Assembly (NCBI GenBank): GCA_022072225.1
Contig: JAJVIC010000002.1
Coordinates: forward strand, 469,086-533,085
Source of the DNA: Bacteroidia bacterium
GTDB taxonomy: Bacteria; Bacteroidota; Bacteroidia; SXHM01
Reading direction: 5' to 3'
DNA length: 64,000 bases
Each line of letters begins with the position of its first letter. Position 1 is the stretch's first letter. Positions 36,213 through 46,755 of this stretch are shown here, piece after piece. The translations under genes were made by a program, and so were the position numbers. The notes under the pieces were generated by a model. That model did not search any database. It was not told the DNA's origin and saw nothing but the letters and a program-made list of their open reading frames with translations.

Positions 36213-36920
36213 TCAGTCCTGCACTTTGTGATGTAGTGCTTCTTCGGCTGTATTCCTGATCAGCTTTTCGCTTTCTTTTTCACCGATGTAGCGGTCAATT
36301 AAATAGTGAAGAAGATAAATAAGCGGTGTAATTGCAACCGCAACTCCAAGTTTAAAAACGTAACCGGCAGAAGCATTCTTAAGGTATTCATCTACTGTCC
36401 ATACTCCGGGAATTACAAATGCAATCCCTTGTACAATAAACGTATCAAGCAGTTGTGAAACTACCGTTGAGCCTGTTGCACGCAGCCAAATCATTTTCTT
36501 TCCTGTTTTATTTCTCAGCGCCCAGAAAACGGAAACATCCACTAATTGCGAAGTAAGGAAGGCCGTGATACTTCCGATAATTATCCAAAGTGATTGTCCG
36601 AAAACTGTTTGAAAGGCCTCTCCCGAAACAGGTGAGAAAGGTGTTGCCGTAACCAACATGGCAAGTGCCAGTAAAATAAACGTGTAGCCAATTAATGAAA
36701 CTGTGAGCAAGGTTAATCTTCGCACCCCTTGCGGACCATAATATTCATTCACTAAATCGGTAGTAAGAAATACAACAGGCCACAACATAATACCAATGCT
36801 CTGCACAAATGGCCCCACCTGAAAAAGTTTACCACCAATCAATTCGGCAACAATAGCGTTGGTGATAAAAAAACCGGCAAGGGTAATGAAAACTAAGTCG
36901 CGTTTTGAGTTTAAATTCAT
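36213..36920 (-). CDS. yhhQ: queuosine precursor transporter (YhhQ/VUT family)
   Basis: 235 aa. DUF165-type sequence LAGFFITNAIVAELIGGKLFQ … VSQLLDTFIV. Confidence 0.8.
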   Translation of the reverse strand: MNLNSKRDLVFITLAGFFITNAIVAELIGGKLFQVGPFVQSIGIMLWPVVFLTTDLVNEYYGPQGVRRLTLLTVSLIGYTFILLALAMLVTATPFSPVSGEAFQTVFGQSLWIIIGSITAFLTSQLVDVSVFWALRNKTGKKMIWLRATGSTVVSQLLDTFIVQGIAFVIPGVWTVDEYLKNASAGYVFKLGVAVAITPLIYLLHYLIDRYIGEKESEKLIRNTAEEALHHKVQD

Positions 36921-36921
36921 C

Positions 36922-38442
36922 CTAAAACCTTTTTAAGAACGGAAGTTTATCTGTTAGTTTATTTTTATCAACCAGCATAAATAGCGCAATCAGCAATAAT
37001 GGCAAAGCAGCAATTTTATAGCGTACAATTGCACCAATTACTGGCGTTATCAAACCTGTGAGTGCAAAAATTACTATCGTAAAGAATACACATAACCAGA
37101 ATAGTTTTTCTGTTAATATTTTTTTGTCAGCAAAGATGATTGCAACAATAGTTAGTAAAATAATGAACAGGTTTTCAAATCCTGCCATCAGAATAAAAGG
37201 AGAAAATGATTCGAAAAAGAAAGGACGGAAGTAGGTGTTGTAAAGTGCTTTGGGTGTTGCTTTCAGGAAACTCAGAATATTCGGTTCCAGTTTTTGTATT
37301 TCAATGGTACTGCCTGTTTTTCCGTAATCAAGCAGGAGGAGGTATTCTGTTTCTTTAAAGTTTTTAGCTCCGACAAATTCGGTTTCTTCTCCAAGTTTTC
37401 CATTTGTCCAAACTCTGCAGTAATCAATCTTGCCGGTAATTTCTACTTCTTTGGTTTTTCTGTTAATCTCCAATTGCTCATGTAATCCTGAAGCAATATA
37501 AATGGTATCTGTTTTTTCTGCAGTAATTCGTTGCAGATAAGTTCCGCCATTGGCAAGGTTGATAAAATCCTTCTGCTTCTGAACCAGAACCTGAAGTGAG
37601 TTGGTTGCAAAAAGTCCTATTGAAAATAAGAGCAGGTAAGAAGCAATGTATTTCAGCAGCACATTTCTATTGCCTGTTTTTTCAATCCAGTAATTGGCAA
37701 CTAATGCAGGAATTACAGCAATAGCCACATAGAATTTAGTCAATGCCAGAAGCGCAATAGAAAACAAAATCCAGAAGATGCTTTTCAGATTCCAATCACC
37801 GGAGATTACTTTATGTGAGTAGTAAACAAGAAAGCCCAAGCCGAAGAAAAGCAAACCTTCTTTCAAAACTCCAGATCCCCAGAATAAAACGGAAGGAATT
37901 AGAAACACAGCACCATACAGTAGCAGGCTTTTTTCCTTCATTACGGTGATAAACGTTTTATAAATAGCCGTTAATCCAAGCAACGAGAGGAAACACATAA
38001 AAACTGTATGCACATTATAAACACCCATAGAGAACAATCGGATGACGGCATTGAAGCGGATAATGGTGTGGCTGTCGTTATACAGATTGCTATCGTATTC
38101 GCGATACCAGTGATTCATTTGGTTGTAATAAGTATCAAAATAAGGTGTGTCATTATGAATGCCTAACAACATTTGAAAGTAATCTTTCGGATTGATGAAC
38201 AGCGAATCAAACATCACCTTGCTGTCGTCAAAATACTTGTAAATGTCTGCCGTACTGCGGTCGGTATAATAAAAGGTATAGACAAGGTACAGCAAAATGC
38301 CGAACAGGATTTTAAGAATAAACACTCCTTGTATAGCTCTGCGACTTATTCCCTCGCACTCAAAGAACTTCATTTTCGAAGTAAGGAAAATGAAAAATGA
38401 TGCGTAGCCTGAAACTATAATTATTTCAAGTAAAATGTTCAC
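36922..38442 (-). CDS. polytopic membrane protein, hypothetical (possibly glycan-related)
   Basis: 506 aa, 10 or more TM helices with a central soluble insertion. 1-bp spacing to the downstream yhhQ gene. Confidence 0.6.
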   Translation of the reverse strand: MNILLEIIIVSGYASFFIFLTSKMKFFECEGISRRAIQGVFILKILFGILLYLVYTFYYTDRSTADIYKYFDDSKVMFDSLFINPKDYFQMLLGIHNDTPYFDTYYNQMNHWYREYDSNLYNDSHTIIRFNAVIRLFSMGVYNVHTVFMCFLSLLGLTAIYKTFITVMKEKSLLLYGAVFLIPSVLFWGSGVLKEGLLFFGLGFLVYYSHKVISGDWNLKSIFWILFSIALLALTKFYVAIAVIPALVANYWIEKTGNRNVLLKYIASYLLLFSIGLFATNSLQVLVQKQKDFINLANGGTYLQRITAEKTDTIYIASGLHEQLEINRKTKEVEITGKIDYCRVWTNGKLGEETEFVGAKNFKETEYLLLLDYGKTGSTIEIQKLEPNILSFLKATPKALYNTYFRPFFFESFSPFILMAGFENLFIILLTIVAIIFADKKILTEKLFWLCVFFTIVIFALTGLITPVIGAIVRYKIAALPLLLIALFMLVDKNKLTDKLPFLKRF

Positions 38443-38526
38443 ATGACAAATATAGATTCATTTACTGCATATCGGTTGCATACTGACATGGCTATAATTT
38501 CAACCGCATGCAGGATTGAGAATGAG

Positions 38527-38988
38527 CTATTTTGTTTCATCCCATTCGCTTCCCGGGAGCGATGCAGCAATTACAAGTGTTTTGCTGAAAGTCCAGGCTT
38601 TTACAGTAATGCCATTATCAGCTTTTAAAAGCCATTCACCATTGTTGTTGGGCTCACCGAATAGTTTTTTTGCTTCTTTTTCGTTTACTCCTTCGGTTTT
38701 GTAGTCAATAATGTATTCATAAAGTTTGTCAACGCCTTTGCCCATAAAATAATAGGTAACATATTTTATTTTACCTTTTCCTTTTTCAGAATACTCATGT
38801 CTGAAACTCATTCCTCCATCAGATTTTACAGCTTTCGGACGCAGCTTCTCAAAATCTGACTTTAAAGTTTCAAATGGTACGTTAGCTAAAAATCCGGGAG
38901 TAAATTTCTGATATGCTCCAGGTTGTGCTTTTGCTGTTGAAGAACAGAGCGTAATTACAGCGAATAAAATGTACGTTATGTGTTTCAT
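38527..38988 (-). CDS. hypothetical secreted protein
   Basis: 153 aa. Signal peptide (…CSSTAKAQ). Confidence 0.5.
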   Translation of the reverse strand: MKHITYILFAVITLCSSTAKAQPGAYQKFTPGFLANVPFETLKSDFEKLRPKAVKSDGGMSFRHEYSEKGKGKIKYVTYYFMGKGVDKLYEYIIDYKTEGVNEKEAKKLFGEPNNNGEWLLKADNGITVKAWTFSKTLVIAASLPGSEWDETK

Positions 38989-39093
38989 TTCGTGGTTTTA
39001 ATTAGCAATTCAAAGCAAATATCATCAATTATATTGATAAATATCCGACATACTCAGGCTCAATATTTACTTACTTTGCAAAAACATTTATTT

Positions 39094-40176
39094 ATGTTGA
39101 AAAGAATTTATTTCTGTTTTGCTGTTCTCATCCTTTCATCTTGTAAAGGCAAGGTGGAAACCATAAAGCCCGAAGTATCATCCATCACCGAATCGGTTTA
39201 TGCTTCCGGAATAATTAAAAGTAAAAATCAATATCAGGTTTTTCCTTCTGTGAGCGGTATTGTAGATTCTGTTTGGGTTACCGAAGGCGATACAGTAAAA
39301 CAGGGCTCTGTAATACTTGTTATTTCAGGCAAAGCACAAAAGTTAAATAAGGAACTTGCTGCCTTGTCAGCTGCATATAGCGATGCAGATGCAAATCGTG
39401 CAAAGCTGGATGATGCCAATATGCTTGCCGAACTTGCAAAAAGCAAAATGCTCAACGATTCATTGCTTTATTTTCGTCAGAAAAATCTTTGGGAAAAACA
39501 AATTGGCAGTAAATTGGAGTTTGAACAAAGGCAACTTGCTTATGCTAATTCAAAAACAGCATACAACTCAGCTGTTATTAAATACAATGATTTGAAAAGG
39601 CAGATTGATTTTTCTTCCCTGCAATCCAAAAAAAATCTGCAATTATCAGACGCTATTGAAAATGATTTTTCTGTTGAAAGCAGCACCAATGGTATTGTTT
39701 ACAGTGTGCTGAAATCAAAAGGTGAAATAGCAACACCGCAAACACCGGTGGCCATTATTGGTGATGCTTCCGATTTTATTCTTGAAATGCAGGTGGATGA
39801 ATATGATATTTTGAAAATAAAAAAAGGACAGAACGCATTGATAACAATGGACAGTTACAAAGACCGTGTTTATGAGGCGGTTATTACCAAAATAAATCCA
39901 CTGATGAATGAACGCAGCAAAACATTTTTAGTGGAAGCAGTCTTTATACAGCGTCCTGAAATTCTTTATCCAAATATAACGTTTGAAGCCAGTATTGTAA
40001 TTAAGGTTAAGCAAGATGCCTTGCTTATTCCGCGAAACTATTTGCTCAATGATACTTCTGTAATTAATAAGAATGATGAAATTATTGTCATCAAAACAGG
40101 GCTTAAAGATTACCGAAAAATAGAAGTGCTTTCGGGTATTACTGCCGATGATGAACTGGTAAAACCTGCCGAATGA
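39094..40176 (+). CDS. efflux transporter periplasmic adaptor subunit (HlyD/MacA family)
   Basis: ORF 38980..40176. Likely start MLKRIYFCFAVLILSSCKGK at 39094 (lipoprotein signal). Coiled-coil then beta-barrel domains. Confidence 0.8.
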   Translation: MLKRIYFCFAVLILSSCKGKVETIKPEVSSITESVYASGIIKSKNQYQVFPSVSGIVDSVWVTEGDTVKQGSVILVISGKAQKLNKELAALSAAYSDADANRAKLDDANMLAELAKSKMLNDSLLYFRQKNLWEKQIGSKLEFEQRQLAYANSKTAYNSAVIKYNDLKRQIDFSSLQSKKNLQLSDAIENDFSVESSTNGIVYSVLKSKGEIATPQTPVAIIGDASDFILEMQVDEYDILKIKKGQNALITMDSYKDRVYEAVITKINPLMNERSKTFLVEAVFIQRPEILYPNITFEASIVIKVKQDALLIPRNYLLNDTSVINKNDEIIVIKTGLKDYRKIEVLSGITADDELVKPAE

Positions 40177-41432
40177 AATTTAAACTGATATCCTCGGTTT
40201 CATTTTCGCTCATGCTTGCTCGTTTGAAGCAAACAACGGTAGCTGCTGTGGGCGTTACATTCAGCATCACTATGTTTATTACGCTGCTCAGTTTTATGGG
40301 AGGATTAAATGATTTGCTTGACGGTTTAATAACTAAACGCTCACCTCATGTGCGCTTATATAATGAGGTTGAACCCTCAGAGAAGCAACCTGTTGATCGC
40401 TCGCTGCAATTTGGCAGGCATTACAATTTTGTGAGCTCTGTCAAACCAAAAAACGAAATGCCTGAAATTTACAACAGCCGCAAAATTATGAATACACTTC
40501 AGCATGATACGCGCGTTGCAGGGGTTTCGCCCAAGATTACTGCTCAGGTTTTTTATAACGTTGGTTCTATTGATTTTGCTGGCTCAGTTAACGGTATTGA
40601 TGTAGATGCTGAAGCCAAATTGTTTTCGTTCAAAGACTACGTTACCACCGGAAACTACATTGACTTAAAAAATACCCCTAACAGTATTATACTTGGCAAA
40701 GGTGTTGCCGATAAAATGCTTGCCGATATTGGTGATTTGATACAGATTACAACCTCAAAAGGTGAACGTGTCCAGCTTATAGTTGTGGGTTATTTTCAAT
40801 CTGGATTGATGGATATTGATAAGATACAGAGTTATACATCTCTTTCAACAGCACAAAAACTTTTGGTCGAAACAGATAATTACATTACCGATATTCAGAT
40901 AAAAGTAAACGAACTGGAAATGGCTCCTGAGTTGGCAAAAGAGTACGCACGTATTTTTGAGACCAATGCAGTTGATATTCAAACGGCCAATGCTCAGTTT
41001 GAAACGGGCAGTTCAGTGCGCACTCTTATATCATATGCTGTTGGAATTACATTGCTTATTGTTGCAGGCTTTGGTATTTATAATATTCTTAATATGATGA
41101 TTTATGAGAAGATGGATACCATTGCCATTTTGAAAGCAACAGGTTTTTCAGGTAATGACGTTAAAAATATTTTTATACTTATTTCAATGACGATTGGGAT
41201 TTTGGGTGGATTATTAGGTTTGCTTTTTGGTTTTATTCTTTCAATGATTATAGATCAAATTCCGTTTGTTACAGCTGCGTTGCCAACTATAAAGACGTAT
41301 GCCATTAACTACAATCCTAAATTTTACATTATCGGAATTGTCTTTTCAATCATTACTACGTATTTGGCCGGATACTTTCCCGCCAAGAAGGCAAGTAAAC
41401 TGGATCCTGTAATCATTATCAGGGGGAAATAA
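40173..41432 (+). CDS. ABC transporter permease (FtsX/MacB-type)
   Basis: 419 aa. N-terminal TM helix, large periplasmic domain, C-terminal 3-TM FtsX domain. 4-bp overlap with the adaptor gene. Confidence 0.8.
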   Translation: MKFKLISSVSFSLMLARLKQTTVAAVGVTFSITMFITLLSFMGGLNDLLDGLITKRSPHVRLYNEVEPSEKQPVDRSLQFGRHYNFVSSVKPKNEMPEIYNSRKIMNTLQHDTRVAGVSPKITAQVFYNVGSIDFAGSVNGIDVDAEAKLFSFKDYVTTGNYIDLKNTPNSIILGKGVADKMLADIGDLIQITTSKGERVQLIVVGYFQSGLMDIDKIQSYTSLSTAQKLLVETDNYITDIQIKVNELEMAPELAKEYARIFETNAVDIQTANAQFETGSSVRTLISYAVGITLLIVAGFGIYNILNMMIYEKMDTIAILKATGFSGNDVKNIFILISMTIGILGGLLGLLFGFILSMIIDQIPFVTAALPTIKTYAINYNPKFYIIGIVFSIITTYLAGYFPAKKASKLDPVIIIRGK

Positions 41433-42131
41433 ATGAGCAACATTGTACTTCAAGCCCGTAACATCAGTAAGTATTTTCATGACCCTGTTACCAACCAGGT
41501 TTTGAAAAATATAAATCTTACTATCGAAAAAGGTGTTTTTGCATCGGTTATGGGTAAGTCTGGTTGCGGAAAATCTACACTGTTGTATATTCTATCCACT
41601 ATGGATACAGAATATGAAGGCGAGCTTTTTATTGATGGCGTAAATATGCGCAATCGCAAAGAGAAGGAACTTGCGCTGGTGCGCAATGAAAAAATTGGTT
41701 TTGTTTTTCAATTTCATTATTTGCTGAATGAGTTTTCAGTAATCAGAAATGTAATGTTGCCCGGAATAAAGCTGGCAAAATATTCAGAAAAGGAAGTGGA
41801 AGCAAAAGCCTACGAAAAATTAAAACTGCTTGGGATTGAAAGCGAGGCTTTAAAGAAGCCAAATCAACTTTCGGGAGGCCAAAAGCAGCGCGTTGCCATT
41901 GCACGTGCATTAATTAACGACCCGCTTATTATTATGGGTGATGAGCCAACAGGAAATCTGGACAAGAAAAACAGTGAGAATGTTTACGAGATTTTCAGTG
42001 AACTGGCAGAAACGTATAAGCAGTCTTTGCTTATTGTTACACATGACCCCGAGTTTGCCAACCGTACCCACCGTATTATTGAAATGGTCGATGGAGCTAT
42101 AACAGCGGATATTATACAGGCTGAAAAATAA
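41433..42131 (+). CDS. ABC transporter ATP-binding protein (MacB/LolD type)
   Basis: 232 aa. Walker [10 protein letters not shown], signature [15 protein letters not shown], Walker [11 protein letters not shown]-loop. Confidence 0.9.
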   Translation: MSNIVLQARNISKYFHDPVTNQVLKNINLTIEKGVFASVMGKSGCGKSTLLYILSTMDTEYEGELFIDGVNMRNRKEKELALVRNEKIGFVFQFHYLLNEFSVIRNVMLPGIKLAKYSEKEVEAKAYEKLKLLGIESEALKKPNQLSGGQKQRVAIARALINDPLIIMGDEPTGNLDKKNSENVYEIFSELAETYKQSLLIVTHDPEFANRTHRIIEMVDGAITADIIQAEK

Positions 42132-42148
42132 ATTTTGTTGCAGCTCTA

Positions 42149-45130
42149 TTATTTCACAAACACCTTGGCGGTATATGTTTTTTCGTCAGCAAAAACATAT
42201 ACAATGTAAATTCCTTCGCTTAAGCCGGTAGTGTTCATCTCAAATTTTGTAGCCGAATTATCCAAGTTGTAAAGCGGCAACATTTGCTGCCCCTGCAGAT
42301 TATATAGGGTTGCAGTAGTATTGTTTTCTTTTATGCCGCTGTATGAAATAATTATGTTCCGGTTCGATGTATAGAAATTAACAGATTGCAATGCTGTTTC
42401 ATCCAAGTTTGTAAGTTGTGGATTAAAGTGAATGATAAATCGGTTTTCATCATCGCTTTCTTCAGCATTAAACACGTAAACAGGATTTTGAATAAAGTTA
42501 TGCCAAGCCCCTGTTTTCAGGTCTTGCAGAAAAATTGTGGTATTTAAGTCAAAAGTATTTAAATCATTTGCGGTAAGTGTATATTGTCCATAAGTTCCGG
42601 GGATAATACCCATTGGCACTGCTTCGTAACTATCCAACGGAGGGAGACCGTTAATGGAAATTTTTTCGCTTTCAACTATTGTAAACAGTGTTGGTTGGAA
42701 TGAATTGGAAGGCAATTTACGAGCATCATACTGACTGTCCCAACCATCAGTATTATTGCCTGAAAAATAAATTTCTGTTTTATCACGATATCCATTACCT
42801 TCTATATTGATTGTAAGTAATTGGTCATACCATTCTGTTTTGTAAAAGGTGGGATCTCCGGTTGTTCGGTAAGTATTATTTAAGCTGAAATTAGCAGTTC
42901 CCGAACCCACGCGAACAATAAATCCTTGTTGCGAAGCAATGTGATGTCCGGAACCCGACATGAATGATTGGTAAGTTCCCTGATATGGCCCGGATGATTG
43001 CCAGAAATAAGCAGCACCGTCAAAGCCTGAAGGATTAGTCCACACAATGGGAGAGGGGTAAGGATTAGAAACAAGGTGAAAACCATCACCAAATCCGCCT
43101 GAATTGGAAAGTGAGTTGTAAGAAACGGTTCCGGTGTTTGGTGTTCCCTGAATTTCCATGGTTACCGGAGGACTTGTAATGCGTGCAGCGAAACCTCTTG
43201 CATTAGTCATATTGCCAGATGAACGCACATTCCAGCCCCATTGAAAACAGTTGGTATTAAAAGAATTCGACTGATTAAATTCAAATAGAGCACCATATGG
43301 AGAATTATATGCAACACTGTCGCTGCTGCAGTTAGATGATGCGATTACCTGCGCATTATTAGTTCCAAATAAACTAAATTCAGAAAGTTCAGTTGAAAGG
43401 TTAGGAGTGTTTACAGCGCTACCTATATAGTGAAAACCCTGATTAGGAATGTGGCGTTGAACTTTTATATTCCCGGAATAAGTTCCTGTATTACTGCCGA
43501 AATCATTAAGATATGCCGTTTCGCTTGCGTTCGAAACAAGTGTTACCGTTCCAAGGCTGGCGTTAAAATTATTTTCCTCCAATGTAAGTGATGTGTTGAC
43601 TGAAATAGCCGAACCTGCAGCCAATGCTACATTTCCTGATGATGGAGAGATTTTTAGTTTGTCAATTCCTGCTGTTCCCAAAATCTGTTTGTTTGCTCCG
43701 CTCATTATCATTTCGCCTGGTCCGTAAACATTTACAATTCCGCTGGCATTGTTCCATGAGCCGCTCAATGTGAGCGTATACCCATTGCTGATAGTAATGG
43801 TAGCACTTCCGTATATTGTCATTGAATCACAAACAGCATTTGCGCCTGTATAAACTTCAGGGTCGTTTGATACATCCGGTATTACAATAACATTGGATGC
43901 TGTGGGCACTGCATTGGGATTCCAGTTTTGAGCAAGATTCCAGTTGTGATCAACATTTCCGGTCCATGTTATTGTGCCCATAATTACATCAAGAGTATCT
44001 GCTAATGAATAATGGCTCCATTTTCCGAGATTATTTTTTGTTCGCAGGTAAAGATAATGTGTGCCTACGCTTAGCGCTGGTATGGTTGCTGAGAGGTTCC
44101 AGTTTACGGAATCGGCAGCAGTGCCGGGTGTTAGTGCAATGCCGTTTCCAATTCCGGGATCAGTATCAAAGAAAACTTCTACTGCAACAACTTTTAAGTC
44201 ATTTATGAAAATTCTTCGTCCTTGGTGAAGCGACCATTTTCCTTTATTGTTTTTTGTGCGCAAATAGAGCATGTGATAACCGGCTGTTAAACCTGTTGTA
44301 GCAACGGTTGCATTGAATGAAATAGAATCAAGTGTTGCGGTAACCGGTACAGAAGTTCCGTTACCAATACCCGGGTCTGTGTCGTAAAAATATTCTGCAG
44401 CGGTAATTTTTAAATCGTTGATATAAATCCTCCGCGTCTGCTGAAGCGACCATTTTCCTTTATTGTTTTTTGTGCGCAAATAGAGCATGTGATAACCGGC
44501 TGTTAAACCTGTTGTAGCAACGGTTGCATTGAATGAAATAGAATCGAGCGTTGCAGAAACCGGAACAGAAGTTCCGTTTCCGACACCGGGGTCTGAGTCA
44601 TAAAAATATTCGGCAGCGGTAATTTTTATTTCGTTGATATATATCCTCCGCGTCTGCTGAAGCGACCATTTCCCTTTGTCGTTTATTGTGCGCAAATAGA
44701 GCATGTGATAACCGGCTGTTAAACCTGTTGTAGCAACGGTTGCATTGAATGAAATAGAATCGAGCGTTGCGGTAACCGGTACTGAAGTTCCGTTACCAAT
44801 ACCTGGGTCTGTGTCGTAAAAATATTCTGCAGCGGTAATTTTTATTTCGTCAATATAAATTCTACGTCTTTGATAATGCGACCATTTTCCATTGCTGTTT
44901 TTTGTGCGCACATAAAGCATGTGGTAACCGGCTGTTAAGCCTGTTGTAGGTATTGTAGCATTGAAATCAACCGAATCGGCAGAAGTGCCGATTGAAAGAG
45001 ATGTTCCGTTACCAACACCCGGGTCGGTATCGAAAAAATATTCGGCACTTACAACATTCTGTGCATGAGTTAAGCTACCCCAAAGAGTTAAACCAACGCT
45101 AAGCAGAATATATTTTATCAAATAGTTCAT
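42149..45130 (-). CDS. T9SS cargo protein with six N-terminal about 72-aa tandem repeats and C-terminal Por sorting domain
   Basis: 993 aa. Signal peptide. Repeats AEYFYDTDPGIGNGTSVPV…GYHMLYLRTKNNKGKWS. C-terminus …IYIVYVFADEKTYTAKVFVK is T9SS CTD-like. Confidence 0.8.
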   Translation of the reverse strand: MNYLIKYILLSVGLTLWGSLTHAQNVVSAEYFFDTDPGVGNGTSLSIGTSADSVDFNATIPTTGLTAGYHMLYVRTKNSNGKWSHYQRRRIYIDEIKITAAEYFYDTDPGIGNGTSVPVTATLDSISFNATVATTGLTAGYHMLYLRTINDKGKWSLQQTRRIYINEIKITAAEYFYDSDPGVGNGTSVPVSATLDSISFNATVATTGLTAGYHMLYLRTKNNKGKWSLQQTRRIYINDLKITAAEYFYDTDPGIGNGTSVPVTATLDSISFNATVATTGLTAGYHMLYLRTKNNKGKWSLHQGRRIFINDLKVVAVEVFFDTDPGIGNGIALTPGTAADSVNWNLSATIPALSVGTHYLYLRTKNNLGKWSHYSLADTLDVIMGTITWTGNVDHNWNLAQNWNPNAVPTASNVIVIPDVSNDPEVYTGANAVCDSMTIYGSATITISNGYTLTLSGSWNNASGIVNVYGPGEMIMSGANKQILGTAGIDKLKISPSSGNVALAAGSAISVNTSLTLEENNFNASLGTVTLVSNASETAYLNDFGSNTGTYSGNIKVQRHIPNQGFHYIGSAVNTPNLSTELSEFSLFGTNNAQVIASSNCSSDSVAYNSPYGALFEFNQSNSFNTNCFQWGWNVRSSGNMTNARGFAARITSPPVTMEIQGTPNTGTVSYNSLSNSGGFGDGFHLVSNPYPSPIVWTNPSGFDGAAYFWQSSGPYQGTYQSFMSGSGHHIASQQGFIVRVGSGTANFSLNNTYRTTGDPTFYKTEWYDQLLTINIEGNGYRDKTEIYFSGNNTDGWDSQYDARKLPSNSFQPTLFTIVESEKISINGLPPLDSYEAVPMGIIPGTYGQYTLTANDLNTFDLNTTIFLQDLKTGAWHNFIQNPVYVFNAEESDDENRFIIHFNPQLTNLDETALQSVNFYTSNRNIIISYSGIKENNTTATLYNLQGQQMLPLYNLDNSATKFEMNTTGLSEGIYIVYVFADEKTYTAKVFVK
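44000..45080. repeat. five near-identical 216-bp tandem DNA repeats inside the T9SS cargo gene
   Basis: Unit anchored on …gaccatttt(c)cctttattgttttttgtgcgcaaatagagcatgtgataaccggctgttaaacc… recurs at about 44038, 44254, 44470, 44686 and 44902. Confidence 0.75.
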
Positions 45131-45159
45131 TCAGTCATTTAATTAGTAGAATGAACTAA

Positions 45160-46152
45160 CTAAGGGCGCGTGGTAGACTTTACATTGATATTGATTGTTC
45201 CACCGGGAGCAACCGTAGTATTTGAAGTGATGTTAAATTCGCGTACTTGTGGAATATTGGGTATCCCATTTTGATTATATATACCTATTGAACCACCATA
45301 TAATCCAATGTCTTCGCCATCTGTTCCATAATCAATAGCAGGTGATCCGGCCTGAAGATTAAAATCGTATGTGTATGCAAAGTTTGCCCCTGCAAGCGGA
45401 AAGTTTACAAAGTTTGGATTTACGTTTACCTGATTTGTTCCGTTTGGAAATGCATTGTTGGGGTAAGATAAATTTCTCTCAAAAACGCAGCCGGTTGCTC
45501 CTGATAAAGTTGCCCTGTAAAAAATATTATTGTAAAAATAAACAGAGTTCATAGTGTTGCTAAAAGCATTTCCGCTTCTCAGAAAAAGGTTATTGTAAAA
45601 GTAACAATAAGCAGCATTGAACCATTGAATATTTCCATTGAATACATTTTTTACAACCACCCAATTGGTTGAACCTGTAAATTGCTGTGCATCCAGATTG
45701 GTATTTGTGCTCGAAAATATGTTGCTTTCTACATACCAGTTTGGACAGGTGTGGTATGAAATTACTGCTCCCAAAATCATATTTCTTGCAATTGTAATTC
45801 CTGATGTATTGGCTGCTGTGGTAATGTTATTAATTCTCAAACCAATAATTCTGGTATTTGAGGAACCGCTTGACAGCGAAATATCATTAATTATTGCATT
45901 GTTTAATCCCTGATTTTGAGGATTGTGTCCGGGGCCAATGAAAGTAAGTGATTTAGTAACAGTAAAACTTCCATAGTTAATGTTAGTACCATGAATGTAA
46001 ATGGTATCATTGTTATTTGCAGCTGTCATGGCTGCTGCAATTGTAGTGTATTGCCCCGGGCTAGTAACAGCATTGCTTACGGTTAGTACAGATGCATTGG
46101 TTATTGTTATGATTAAAATCGCAAGGCCGGAGAGTAATAATTTTGTTTTCAT
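45160..46152 (-). CDS. secreted right-handed parallel beta-helix repeat protein
   Basis: 330 aa. Signal peptide. Repeated N-x-(I/V)-x-x-N beta-helix rungs (pectin-lyase-fold-like). Confidence 0.65.
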   Translation of the reverse strand: MKTKLLLSGLAILIITITNASVLTVSNAVTSPGQYTTIAAAMTAANNNDTIYIHGTNINYGSFTVTKSLTFIGPGHNPQNQGLNNAIINDISLSSGSSNTRIIGLRINNITTAANTSGITIARNMILGAVISYHTCPNWYVESNIFSSTNTNLDAQQFTGSTNWVVVKNVFNGNIQWFNAAYCYFYNNLFLRSGNAFSNTMNSVYFYNNIFYRATLSGATGCVFERNLSYPNNAFPNGTNQVNVNPNFVNFPLAGANFAYTYDFNLQAGSPAIDYGTDGEDIGLYGGSIGIYNQNGIPNIPQVREFNITSNTTVAPGGTININVKSTTRP

Positions 46153-46284
46153 GTTATCTATATTTTACGCGAAAATAGTTTAATTTTTGGTACATTGTTA
46201 TTGATATTAATCAATAACGATTAACAACATTTATCATGTAATATCTAAGAGTTATATTTGACTTTTATACCAAATCTATTTGCT

Positions 46285-46731
46285 ATGCAAAAAAATCAGA
46301 AAAATATTTCATCCTTTGAAAAAATTGCTCAAAAAGCTACTCAATTTACCGGTTCAACCAGTGCATTTATTCTCTCAGTAGGCATAATTGTTATTTGGAT
46401 AATTACCGGGCCTTTATTCAATTTTTCAGATACCTGGCAATTGGTAATTAATACAGGTACTACAGTAGTAACTTTTCTAATGGTTTTTTTGATTCAACGC
46501 ACTCAAAATAAAGATTCGCGGGCCATACATCTTAAATTAAACGAACTCATAGCCTCACTTAAAGGTCCGAGTAACCGACTGATTGATGTGGAGGATTTAA
46601 CAGAAGACGAATTGGCAACCCTTTCAAAGTATTACCAGCTTTTGGCCGATATGGCCAAAAAAGAGAAAGACCTTTCTGTCTCACATTCTATTGAAGAAGC
46701 TGTTGATCAACATAAAGAAAAGTATTTTTAA
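46285..46731 (+). CDS. low-affinity iron permease family (Fet4-like, PF04120) small membrane protein
   Basis: ORF 46258..46731. Likely start MQKNQKN at 46285. Two TM helices then an IHLKLNELIASL helix typical of this family. Confidence 0.6.
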   Translation: MQKNQKNISSFEKIAQKATQFTGSTSAFILSVGIIVIWIITGPLFNFSDTWQLVINTGTTVVTFLMVFLIQRTQNKDSRAIHLKLNELIASLKGPSNRLIDVEDLTEDELATLSKYYQLLADMAKKEKDLSVSHSIEEAVDQHKEKYF

Positions 46732-46755
46732 TCTGTTTTAAGCAAGCTCTCTTAA

